Below, piece by piece: positions 1-7,213 of a DNA stretch of 26,347 bases. How positions within the stretch are numbered: position 1 is the stretch's first letter; each line of letters starts with the position of its first letter. The DNA is taken from positions 1-26,347 of IMG/VR virus record IMGVR_UViG_3300027804_000199; one strand, written 5' to 3'. The position numbers and the translations under genes are program-made. The notes beneath the pieces were generated by a model. The model had not been told where the DNA came from and did no database searches. It saw only the letters and a program-made list of their open reading frames with translations. The DNA comes from a virus. Lineage: Duplodnaviria > Caudoviricetes.

Positions 1-119
1 TCCACATAACTCACCGCATCGGTCAGGTCTTGCGTGATGATCGCTTGCAGTTCCGCATCGTCCATCGGCTCGGTGGCTGCAATGTCGGTGGATAGATTTT
101 CAGTGACTTTTTCAATCAT
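1..119 (-). CDS. Probable portal protein, N-terminal fragment (runs off window)
   Basis: Manual translation from ATG at 119 (ATGA overlap with the upstream stop 116-118): MIEKVTENLSTDIAATEPMDDAELQAIITQDLTDAVSYV. Resembles P22-like portal N-termini and lies downstream of terL. Confidence 0.6.
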   Translation of the reverse strand, partial: MIEKVTENLSTDIAATEPMDDAELQAIITQDLTDAVSYV

Positions 120-634
120 GGCTTGACCTTTGTTAGAACCACAAACATGGAGTCCACAGCCCTCGGGGTGCGGATAATTTCGTCTTGTGGCAATTCTAGT
201 GCTTCTCCCAGCTTTGAGAGCCTCATTTCCAACATGGTCAACTCAAACCTGTCTGGCCATCCTAAGTACCAGTGCCAGTCGGTGTAATAGCGCCAAGAGT
301 TTTCGTTGAATGCCCTGACATGGGTCGGATCTTGCCACGCGCCAAGACTCAACTCGTATGGCACATGAATCCGCATCTCCCCGCCCACCTTCAGCAATTC
401 CTTGCAATTGGTCATGGCAGTAACCAAGTCAGGCAAATGCTCCAAGATGTCATTGGCCAAGATCACATCAAACATGCCGCGCTCAATTGTCAGCAGCCCC
501 TTACGGGTCTTGAGCACTTCACCCCAATTGACTTTTGTGATGTCCAGCAGCCAATCCGGCTTGACCCTTGCCTGAATATCTGCATTCAAACAATCTTCAC
601 GCCAATCTTTTCCAGAGCCTAGATTAAGAATCAA
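116..634 (-). CDS. Class I SAM-dependent methyltransferase (Methyltransf_11-like)
   Basis: Motif I LNLGSG, NAD, DILEHL, LKVGG, and QDPTHVR typical of small phage methyltransferases. Confidence 0.85.
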   Translation of the reverse strand: MILNLGSGKDWREDCLNADIQARVKPDWLLDITKVNWGEVLKTRKGLLTIERGMFDVILANDILEHLPDLVTAMTNCKELLKVGGEMRIHVPYELSLGAWQDPTHVRAFNENSWRYYTDWHWYLGWPDRFELTMLEMRLSKLGEALELPQDEIIRTPRAVDSMFVVLTKVKP

Positions 635-1319
635 ACCATGCCTTCGCGTAAGCTGGACGATTTTCTAGCAGCCACGGCAGCGCATCGTTGTGCAGTTTGT
701 TGCCGTCAAAGCCAATTGTGTTGCTGCCGATGTGGTGGACATAGCTGGCACTTACAAAATGCGAGTAGCCTTTTTCGATCAGATCCCTACAATGCACATC
801 ATCTGAGTACCAATTCAGAGGGGGGAACTTTGCCTCCTCAAAAGCATCGCTTGAGATCCACGCAAAGATCGGGCTAATCTCTTCCACCATCTTGATGTGA
901 GCCTCGGACGGAAATTTGAAAAAGTTCAGCCTCTCCGGTTTCTCAGTAATCCTCACATTTTGACAAGCCCGTGCGGCATCAGTCCTTGACGCCACCCATC
1001 CGGCCTTGACGCTGTGCATGGTCTTGATGATCGCCACATCCTCCATCAGCACCTTCACGCTGGTCGGGGTCAGCACGATGTCATCGTTGGCCACGATGCA
1101 AGATGACCAATCCTTTAGCGCCGCATCGATCACCTCGTTGTAATCATCGCCAAAGTTCCTTGGCTGGCCGTAAATCTTGTGGTCAGCCTCAAAGTTCTCA
1201 AGCACTAACTCTGGCCCCCGCAGGTAGACCGGACACTCTGGCGCGTATTGCTTGATCGACTCCAGCAGCACCGCCAGACCATGCCCCCTGACTGTGGCAA
1301 TGACAATGGGACAGATCAT
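624..1319 (-). CDS. Glycosyltransferase (GT-A/GT2-like)
   Basis: IVIAT start, NFG..YN, ANDD (DxD-like), YSDD and VHHIGS motifs. Start reassigned to ATG 1319 (ATGA overlap with the stop at 1316). Confidence 0.8.
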   Translation of the reverse strand: MICPIVIATVRGHGLAVLLESIKQYAPECPVYLRGPELVLENFEADHKIYGQPRNFGDDYNEVIDAALKDWSSCIVANDDIVLTPTSVKVLMEDVAIIKTMHSVKAGWVASRTDAARACQNVRITEKPERLNFFKFPSEAHIKMVEEISPIFAWISSDAFEEAKFPPLNWYSDDVHCRDLIEKGYSHFVSASYVHHIGSNTIGFDGNKLHNDALPWLLENRPAYAKAWFDS

Positions 1320-1612
1320 TTCTTGGCCTTGTTTCTGGCGCTGATTGCCGCCGCCTTGCTTTTGGCATCGGCCTTGGAGCTTGCGCCCCATGCTTTGAGA
1401 CTCAGCAGCAGCCTTGTCGGCTCGCCGCCCTTCATCTCAGGCCCAGGCATGTTGCCCATCCTTGCCAAGAAACTTGCCCGTCTCGGGTTGTCGCCGGCCT
1501 TGACGGGTGCTTTCAAGTTCATGCCCTCGGCCTTCGCACTGGCGCGGCCCTTGGCATTCAAACCACCGGATGGGCTTTTGCCCTCCTTGCGCTGCCAAGC
1601 TGGGGTCTTCAT
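1316..1612 (-). CDS. Conserved small basic phage protein (DUF6321-like)
   Basis: AWQRKEGKSPSGGLNAKGRAS...RRASFLARM...SLKAW motif; ATGA-coupled on both sides. Confidence 0.7.
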   Translation of the reverse strand: MKTPAWQRKEGKSPSGGLNAKGRASAKAEGMNLKAPVKAGDNPRRASFLARMGNMPGPEMKGGEPTRLLLSLKAWGASSKADAKSKAAAISARNKAKK

Positions 1613-1761
1613 TTCTTTTTTACTGGCTTGGCGGTTTTAGCCGCTGCCTTAAAGTCGCCAGCGCTTGGTGCGCCTTTAGCACCAGGCTTTCGCATTTTTT
1701 CTTTAGAGCCAGCAGCGATTCTTTCGCGTTTTGCATGAATGTTTGCATATAGACCTTTCAT
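1609..1761 (-). CDS. 50-aa lysine-rich phage protein (not in ORF track)
   Basis: Manual translation MKGLYANIHAKRERIAAGSKEKMRKPGAKGAPSAGDFKAAAKTAKPVKKK; ATGA overlaps at both ends fill the gap exactly. Confidence 0.8.
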   Translation of the reverse strand: MKGLYANIHAKRERIAAGSKEKMRKPGAKGAPSAGDFKAAAKTAKPVKKK

Positions 1762-2228
1762 TCTTCGTCTCCCTCGTCCATGTCTTCACCCTCTTGCTCG
1801 CCCGTGTTTGGGCCGCCCACCACCCATGCATCGCATGTCCGGCTGGCCGCGCACTTGAAGTCAAAGATTTCGCAGTAGCCCAGATCTGCCAGCTTGATCG
1901 TTCCCCACGGGTCAGCCTCCATGCCGATGCCTTGGGCAATGCATGCCTTGATGTTGTCGGAAACATTGAATGCCGCGCAGTTACCGCACAGGCTTTGCTT
2001 TGAATCGTCAATGCTCACATCCCACTGGTCGGCCTTCTTGCGCCAGAAAGCCTCGTTTGGCAGCTTGGGATTCTCAGGGCCGTAGGCCGCTGTGGTGATC
2101 GCCTTGGCTCGATTCTTCAAGTTCAAGGTGATGTCTTGCGTGGGCATCGGACAGTTCTCGCCTTCGCTCATGTCCTCGCCCTCTTCCTTGTCCATGACTT
2201 GGCTCATGGTGCGTTGTAGCGTGGCCAT
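1758..2228 (-). CDS. Cys-rich putative metal-binding protein (HiPIP-like cysteine spacing)
   Basis: CGNCAAF...GYCEIFDFKCAASRTCDAW; acidic N- and C-termini; tightly coupled to neighbours. Confidence 0.65.
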   Translation of the reverse strand: MATLQRTMSQVMDKEEGEDMSEGENCPMPTQDITLNLKNRAKAITTAAYGPENPKLPNEAFWRKKADQWDVSIDDSKQSLCGNCAAFNVSDNIKACIAQGIGMEADPWGTIKLADLGYCEIFDFKCAASRTCDAWVVGGPNTGEQEGEDMDEGDEE

Positions 2229-2410
2229 TATTTTCTCGCCTTGTTCTTTGCCGTGCGCTGGCCGCGCATGGGCAGCTTGGCCTCAGACATGGCAATGGCC
2301 ACCGCCTGCTTGGGGTTGGTGACCGGCTTGCCGCCAGAAGTCAGCTTGCCCGACTTGAACTCGCCCATCACCTTGCCGACCTTCTTTTGAGCCTTGGTCA
2401 TCATCTTCAT
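2228..2410 (-). CDS. Small basic protein (DUF6496-like)
   Basis: KKVGKVMGEFKSGKLTSG.KPVTNPKQAVAIAMSEA motif; SD-like AGGGGG before ATG 2410. Confidence 0.75.
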   Translation of the reverse strand: MKMMTKAQKKVGKVMGEFKSGKLTSGGKPVTNPKQAVAIAMSEAKLPMRGQRTAKNKARK

Positions 2411-2436
2411 AAATCCCCCTGGTTGTGAATGTCCAA

Positions 2437-3846
2437 TTATGCAGTTCTTGATAGGTTTCGGCGTAAGGGTTGACTCCACTTGCTGCTGGCAGCCGACCCA
2501 AACATCCCCGCCACAGCGTCACTTGCAAAGGTCAAAACAAAGGCATCGGCCTTGTCCGGTGACGGCAGACCCCTCTTTTTGATCTCATCCTTGCCCTCAA
2601 TGGCAATTTTGCCATTGCTGGTGAAGGTGTAGCGCACTGTCGCCAACTCACTGATCAGCACCTCATCCTTGGCCAGTTTGCAGTCCCGCGCCTCAAGCCA
2701 CGCCTTGGCCTTGTACCAAAGCTCGGCCTTCAGGTTGCGGTAAGTCCCGCCCATCGCTGGGCTTTCTGAGACATTGATCCCCCGCGCCGGCAGGCCCAAC
2801 TCCCGCAGCCGGTCAACCACCCCAGCGCCCAGACCGATGCTGTCCACCAGGATCTCCCTTGGCTGCTCGCTCGGCGCAAGCACATTGAACTCGGCCACCA
2901 CCGCCCCCGTCAACTGCATCAAGTCCAGATTCTTCCAAGTGCGGATGCTCTCGGTGACCACATTGCCCTGCCGCTTGCACAGCGCCGACCTGTCCGAGCC
3001 AAACCGCGCCACATCCAGCCCCCAGACCATCGGCGCTGACTTCGATGCAGCCACATCCCTGTGCAGCGCACTCTCCAGCAGATCCATCGGGATGACAGTG
3101 TCATCGTCCCCTTTTGGAAACTCACCGATTACCCGAATCCGGTAGACATTGCTCTCCTCGCCGTAGCGCATGGCCATCTCTTTGACATACTCATCGCTCA
3201 CCCGTGGCGAGTCGGTGCATGCCACCTGAAAGGTTGTCCACTCGCCGGCCAGCCTTGTGTGAGTGTCGTAGAAAAACCCGCTGCTCCGCACCGGATTGCC
3301 CAGCAGCAGGGTGACAGCATTGTGGCCAGACATCGATCCAGCCGCCGCCTCGAACACCTGCTCCGGCACGCCGCTGGCCTCATCGGCCACCAGCATCACA
3401 TACTCAGAGTGAATGCCCTGCAAAGCCTCGGGCTGCTCGGCCCGTGATGTCCTGGCACTGATAAACATCTCCGTGGGCGCAGCGTTGAACTCAATCCTTT
3501 CCTGCTTGACAGTCAGCAGGCTCTGCAATGGCACGGGCATCGCGTTGATCCAGCGCTTCAACTCCGCAAACATGGCGTCATAAAGCTGGCTGCTGGTCGG
3601 CGCGGTGACCACCACCTTGACAGGGCTGCGGGTCATAAAGTACCAGAGCATCGCCCATGAGCTTGCCGTAGATTTGCCCACCCCGTGGCCGCTTCGCACG
3701 CTGATCTTTCGATCCCCACGGGCAATCGCCCCCAAAAAACGCTCTTGCCACGGGTCTGGGTCTACGCCCAGCACCTCCTTGACAAACAGCACGGGGTCAT
3801 TGTGGTATCGCTCAACCCACTCGGCAAAGACATTTTTTTTGATCAT
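2437..3846 (-). CDS. terL: Terminase large subunit
   Basis: Walker A SGHGVGKS, Walker B LVADEASG, coupling motif GNP, RNase H-like nuclease GLDVARFGSD and SPDKADA. Confidence 0.95.
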   Translation of the reverse strand: MIKKNVFAEWVERYHNDPVLFVKEVLGVDPDPWQERFLGAIARGDRKISVRSGHGVGKSTASSWAMLWYFMTRSPVKVVVTAPTSSQLYDAMFAELKRWINAMPVPLQSLLTVKQERIEFNAAPTEMFISARTSRAEQPEALQGIHSEYVMLVADEASGVPEQVFEAAAGSMSGHNAVTLLLGNPVRSSGFFYDTHTRLAGEWTTFQVACTDSPRVSDEYVKEMAMRYGEESNVYRIRVIGEFPKGDDDTVIPMDLLESALHRDVAASKSAPMVWGLDVARFGSDRSALCKRQGNVVTESIRTWKNLDLMQLTGAVVAEFNVLAPSEQPREILVDSIGLGAGVVDRLRELGLPARGINVSESPAMGGTYRNLKAELWYKAKAWLEARDCKLAKDEVLISELATVRYTFTSNGKIAIEGKDEIKKRGLPSPDKADAFVLTFASDAVAGMFGSAASSKWSQPLRRNLSRTA

Positions 3847-4115
3847 GTGGACTCTAACCCATTGTCAAAGGCCCACTTGTTCGGGTCGATCTGTGGTGGT
3901 GTGCATGTGTGAATTGCGGTCAGGTCAAAAAAAGCAGTGCGCTTGCCGCAGCGGGGGCAGAAGTTGCGCTCGTCTGGCTGTGCCACAGCTTCGCGCAGGG
4001 CGGCTTCGGCGCTCTCCACTTTCTCGTCGTCCAGCACCCAGCAAGACCCGGCCCCGTGCCATTCGATTGACTCCAGCGCCTCAAGCGCCAGCTTCAGTGC
4101 TTCGTCTTTAGTCAT
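3843..4115 (-). CDS. Hypothetical phage protein with CPRC Zn-ribbon-like motif
   Basis: MTKDEALKLALEALE...NFCPRCGKR...HTC; GGGGG SD before ATG 4115; stop overlaps the terL start. Confidence 0.7.
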   Translation of the reverse strand: MTKDEALKLALEALESIEWHGAGSCWVLDDEKVESAEAALREAVAQPDERNFCPRCGKRTAFFDLTAIHTCTPPQIDPNKWAFDNGLEST

Positions 4116-4116
4116 A

Positions 4117-4254
4117 TCAATACCCCCACCGAACACGGAAACACACTAGCCAAAGGTGCAACACAAACTCATTGCCACTGGCTATGAACCCCACGGCAAA
4201 GCAGGGCCACTTGCGGGGCCAGAACTCAGTTATCAGGTGCAGTTTCTTGTTCAT
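4117..4254 (-). CDS. 45-aa hydrophobic/aromatic protein, paralog copy 1
   Basis: Manual translation MNKKLHLITEFWPRKWPCFAVGFIASGNEFVLHLWLVCFRVRWGY; 34/45 identical to 5128..5265. Confidence 0.8.
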   Translation of the reverse strand: MNKKLHLITEFWPRKWPCFAVGFIASGNEFVLHLWLVCFRVRWGY

Positions 4255-4469
4255 TCCAAGCCTCCTTCCATAACCCACTGCTCGGCTTTCTTGGTCATGA
4301 ACAAGCCCTCGGCGCGGGTCATCTTTGACGACCTGACAATGAGCACGCCTGCGGAGTCGTAGCCCAGCACCAGCACGTCCGTAAGCTCCTTCATTAGGGC
4401 TGAGTTCAGCGCTTGCTCTGCTGTGTAGTTGACGCTGGCTGGCAGCGCGATGACGGTCATGTTGTTCAT
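4251..4469 (-). CDS. 72-aa hypothetical protein
   Basis: MNNMTVIALP...DVLVLGYDSAG...; GGAG upstream and ATGA overlaps at both ends. This is the C-terminal part of the 184-aa track ORF. Confidence 0.7.
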   Translation of the reverse strand: MNNMTVIALPASVNYTAEQALNSALMKELTDVLVLGYDSAGVLIVRSSKMTRAEGLFMTKKAEQWVMEGGLE

Positions 4470-4618
4470 TCTTTTGTCTCCTGTGGAAAGTGGAACGACC
4501 CGAACTTCACAGCCGTGTCGCCATCTTTGACCAGCACCACCAGCGTAGCGGCGGTCAGGTCGCTGCCGTAGATGGAGCGCAGTGCGTCCCAGACCTTTTG
4601 CATTTCGTCTTGGGTCAT
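4466..4618 (-). CDS. 50-aa hypothetical protein (not in ORF track)
   Basis: MTQDEMQKVWDALRSIYGSDLTAATLVVLVKDGDTAVKFGSFHFPQETKE; AAGGGGG SD; ATGA overlaps at both ends. Confidence 0.7.
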   Translation of the reverse strand: MTQDEMQKVWDALRSIYGSDLTAATLVVLVKDGDTAVKFGSFHFPQETKE

Positions 4619-4863
4619 GTGTTCCCCCTTGCTCGGATGGCGGCAGCGTTGCTGGCCAGATAGGTCTGCAACATCGAGCCGGGGTCACATGCCAGCGCAT
4701 TATCGTGAACCAACTTCGCACACTCGTCACGCTCTGCTGCTGCGACAAGCTCGGCAAAGCGTTCAAGCCACGCCCTTGTTTCGTGGTCAAGACAATACGG
4801 CTCACTAAGGTTGGCTTTAGGGTCAGCCTCCCGCGCCATGCGGATGATGTCTTCTTGTGTCAT
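4615..4863 (-). CDS. 82-aa hypothetical phage protein
   Basis: MTQEDIIRMAREA...LERFAELVAAAERDECAKL...AAAIRARG, a recurrent phage small-protein pattern; ATGA overlaps. Confidence 0.75.
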   Translation of the reverse strand: MTQEDIIRMAREADPKANLSEPYCLDHETRAWLERFAELVAAAERDECAKLVHDNALACDPGSMLQTYLASNAAAIRARGNT

Positions 4864-5126
4864 GCGTTCTTCTCCCTCAAAGCCCGTTCCACAGCCTCCA
4901 TGAACACCAGCCAGTCGGCAGACATGGCCCCACACTCAAGCGCAATAGCCTCGCGCTCCCACTCGGTCAGACCGACCCACTGCCGGTTTGAGGAATGCTC
5001 TTGAGGAATCTGAGGAATGGCTTGGGTAATGGCTTGATGCTCAGGCAACACCTGTATCCGGTCAAACATCGCCTTGCCCTTGTCGTAGAAGTCGTGGTTT
5101 TTCCCTGTGATGTAGCTCTTTTTCAT
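4860..5126 (-). CDS. 88-aa hypothetical phage protein
   Basis: MKKSYITG...WVGLTEWERE...AVERALREKNA; GGGGG SD before ATG 5126. Confidence 0.7.
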   Translation of the reverse strand: MKKSYITGKNHDFYDKGKAMFDRIQVLPEHQAITQAIPQIPQEHSSNRQWVGLTEWEREAIALECGAMSADWLVFMEAVERALREKNA

Positions 5127-5127
5127 A

Positions 5128-5265
5128 TCAATACCCCCATCGAATACTAAAACACACAAGGTACAGGTGCAGCACGAACTCGTCACCACTGCTAAAAAAC
5201 CCAATGGCAAAGCAGGGCCACTTGCGCGGCAAGAACTCAGTTCTCAGGTGTAGGCTCTTTTTCAT
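5128..5265 (-). CDS. 45-aa hydrophobic/aromatic protein, paralog copy 2
   Basis: MKKSLHLRTEFLPRKWPCFAIGFFSSGDEFVLHLYLVCFSIRWGY; ATGA overlap with the upstream gene. Confidence 0.8.
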   Translation of the reverse strand: MKKSLHLRTEFLPRKWPCFAIGFFSSGDEFVLHLYLVCFSIRWGY

Positions 5266-5525
5266 ATAAGCAGACTCCAAATCCAAAGCCCCGTAAAGAA
5301 CATCATGGCCGCTATCACCACCAGCGCCACCAGCACAAAGCCAACTAAAACACTGCCAATCATCTGCCAAGTTTCCGGCACTGGCTCAATGTCATCAGGC
5401 ACTGCCGGATACGGCTTGACCTTGCGCGTCTCCGTCTCCAGCCCCGCATCGGTGAAATGGCAGTCCATGCCGCATTCCGGTTGGCGTGGGCATTCACGAT
5501 AACCCGTGTCGCACATCCTGGTCAT
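5262..5525 (-). CDS. Small membrane protein with Cys-rich N-terminus
   Basis: Four Cys in the first 23 aa; long C-terminal hydrophobic segment; ATGA-coupled. Confidence 0.7.
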   Translation of the reverse strand: MTRMCDTGYRECPRQPECGMDCHFTDAGLETETRKVKPYPAVPDDIEPVPETWQMIGSVLVGFVLVALVVIAAMMFFTGLWIWSLLI

Positions 5526-5722
5526 GCTTGCCTCGCTTTCAGCATGGCGTCTGCCAGTGCATACGCTTGCGCGGCCACCTCATCCGTTGTGCTGCCTGAT
5601 GACAGATTTTTGAACACAACCCCAGAGGTGATGAAAGATGCCGCAAAGTAGTCGCGCAGGGTCATGCCGTTGATGGCAGGCTGTTCAACGGGGATTGCTG
5701 TTGTAACTCTTCCTATGATCAT
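5522..5722 (-). CDS. Hypothetical phage protein (GMTLRDYFAA family)
   Basis: GMTLRDYFAA...AYALADAMLKAR motif, widespread in phage accessory genes; GGAGG SD. Confidence 0.8.
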   Translation of the reverse strand: MIIGRVTTAIPVEQPAINGMTLRDYFAASFITSGVVFKNLSSGSTTDEVAAQAYALADAMLKARQA

Positions 5723-5928
5723 GTCGCCACCTCCTCAGTGTTGGCCAAGTACGCCTTCAAGCGCTTCACCCGATTCTTGTTGTACGCCACCAGCGCAGTC
5801 GCATATTCGACCCCACTCTCGGCTTGCAGCAGCGCATGCTCGGCATGCAAGAGTTCATGCGCCACGGCCTGCGCTGGCGTGACAGTTTTCAGCATCAACC
5901 GCAATTCAGTCCACATATATTTCCACAT
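5719..5928 (-). CDS. 69-aa helical hypothetical phage protein
   Basis: Overlapping start/stop coupling on both sides; GGGAG SD. Confidence 0.7.
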   Translation of the reverse strand: MWKYMWTELRLMLKTVTPAQAVAHELLHAEHALLQAESGVEYATALVAYNKNRVKRLKAYLANTEEVAT

Positions 5929-6104
5929 TATCGTTTCTCCCTTTTAATAATTCGACCAATTGTCATATCACTAACTTCAAATCTCTTGGCTATCTCTGTT
6001 TTAGTTATTCCTTGATCGAATAACTTTAATACTCTGGCAATAGATATATTTATTCTAGGTCTGCCAGCACCCTTTCTTTTGCCGCCATGATTTAATGGCG
6101 TCAT
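5928..6104 (-). CDS. 58-aa AT-hook plus helix-turn-helix DNA-binding protein (not in ORF track)
   Basis: MTPLNHGGKRKGAGRPRINISIARVLKLFDQGITKTEIAKRFEVSDMTIGRIIKREKR; ATGA and TAATG overlaps. Confidence 0.75.
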   Translation of the reverse strand: MTPLNHGGKRKGAGRPRINISIARVLKLFDQGITKTEIAKRFEVSDMTIGRIIKREKR

Positions 6105-6337
6105 TTATATCTATCCTCTTTAATCGCAATCTCAATAACTTCCTTCATGTCATCGCTGATTAATTCGAATATATCCGCGCCATTTACCCAGACCTCAATT
6201 AATATTACCTGTTCAGGGATAGCAGGCTCAATTACTACACCTGCCTCTTTAACTTCAGGCTCTGCGGCCTCCCACTCGTACCAGCACTCCAGTGGCTGGC
6301 GGCATAGTCCCGTAATGTGTTCATGCATTAACTTCAT
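6101..6337 (-). CDS. 78-aa acidic hypothetical protein
   Basis: AAGGAG SD; ATGA overlaps on both sides. Confidence 0.7.
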   Translation of the reverse strand: MKLMHEHITGLCRQPLECWYEWEAAEPEVKEAGVVIEPAIPEQVILIEVWVNGADIFELISDDMKEVIEIAIKEDRYK

Positions 6338-7002
6338 GCTGTCTCTCCTTGTAATGCCCTGCGGATTGCTTCGTGCGAAACAACTACCATGTGGCTGGTT
6401 TTTAAAATTGCCGATATTGCCCGAAAACTAATTCCTGTCGCCCTCATCTCCTTGGCATACGCCAGCGCGGCCTGCTCATGGGGAATCGGCACTAGGGTGG
6501 CAGCTTGGCCAGCACCCTCAATGCGATACCCGAACTTGGCGCTGCCACCCAGATGGCCACCAGCCTTGCGCTTGGCAGCTTGACCCTGCTTCTGGCGCTC
6601 CTTGAGCACTCTGCGCTCATGGCCTGCGAATGAGCAAAGGATCTCCAGCATCAACTGCGCGTAGATGTTGCTGGAGTCGGTGACATCCCCGTGCCCGTTG
6701 ATGATCAGCTTGACGCCAAGCTCCTTGCACTTCTTGATCGACTGCAAGGCATCCAGCAAATCACGGCTGAACCGATCCAGCTTGGCCACGATCACAGTGT
6801 CGCCTTGTTGGAGTGTCACGCTGTTGGCGCTGAGTCGTGCAAAGAAGGGGTCTGCGCCACTGACGCCGCCATCCTCAATGAACTGGTCGATCACCAGGTT
6901 GTGCGTTAGGGCGTTGCCCTCGATCTGGCGCTTTTGCTCCTGCATTGAGGTGTTGTCCACCTGCTCTGTAGTGCTGACCCTCACATACCCGTAGACTGTC
7001 AT
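6334..7002 (-). CDS. Small serine recombinase (resolvase/invertase family)
   Basis: YGYVRVST (catalytic Ser), EDGGVSG, VAKLDRFSR, helix E FAGHER..LKER, short C-terminal HTH-like region. At 222 aa it is too short for a large serine integrase. Confidence 0.92.
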   Translation of the reverse strand: MTVYGYVRVSTTEQVDNTSMQEQKRQIEGNALTHNLVIDQFIEDGGVSGADPFFARLSANSVTLQQGDTVIVAKLDRFSRDLLDALQSIKKCKELGVKLIINGHGDVTDSSNIYAQLMLEILCSFAGHERRVLKERQKQGQAAKRKAGGHLGGSAKFGYRIEGAGQAATLVPIPHEQAALAYAKEMRATGISFRAISAILKTSHMVVVSHEAIRRALQGETA

Positions 7003-7040
7003 AAGTTGCTCTCCCTGTTAATTTATTGACTGACAGTGCA

Positions 7041-7068
7041 ATTATGTAGCAGGTTGGCAGGTTGTCAA
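7041..7068 (-). promoter_or_regulatory. Sigma70-like promoter for the recombinase/small-gene operon
   Basis: Minus-strand TTGACA (7068-7063), 16-bp spacer, CATAAT (7046-7041). The spacer region carries a tandem 8-bp repeat GCAGGTTG x2 (7049-7064). Confidence 0.7.
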
Positions 7069-7076
7069 GAGGTTTT

Positions 7077-7200
7077 TAAAAAAAATTTTTTTTAGGGATT
7101 GAGGGTTGGTGGGTGTTGAGTGCCGCATCAGCCGCCCCCCGACAGGCGCGGGACGGGGGGGGTCGCGGCGCGGCGGCGGCCAGCCGGCGGCCACCAGCAC
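7077..7200. other. A8T8 palindrome plus very GC-rich element downstream of terS; candidate packaging/terminus or recombination site
   Basis: Perfect 18-bp palindrome TAAAAAAAATTTTTTTTA (7077-7094); C6 run (7135-7140) and G8 run (7155-7162). Function is inferred from position only. Confidence 0.4.
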
Positions 7201-7213
7201 CAGATTCCGAGGG

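Noticed and set aside
3833-3840. A8 tract at the terL start as a programmed frameshift or phase-variation site
   Set aside because: terL is intact in frame with a normal ATGA start, and no supporting stimulatory structure was seen.
4251-4805. 184-aa track ORF as one gene
   Set aside because: Its upstream part overlaps two better-supported ATGA-coupled genes in other frames; only 4251-4469 is retained.
4117-5265. Repeat pair as a diversity-generating retroelement TR/VR
   Set aside because: Differences are not adenine-specific, both copies are intact ORFs, and no reverse transcriptase is present.
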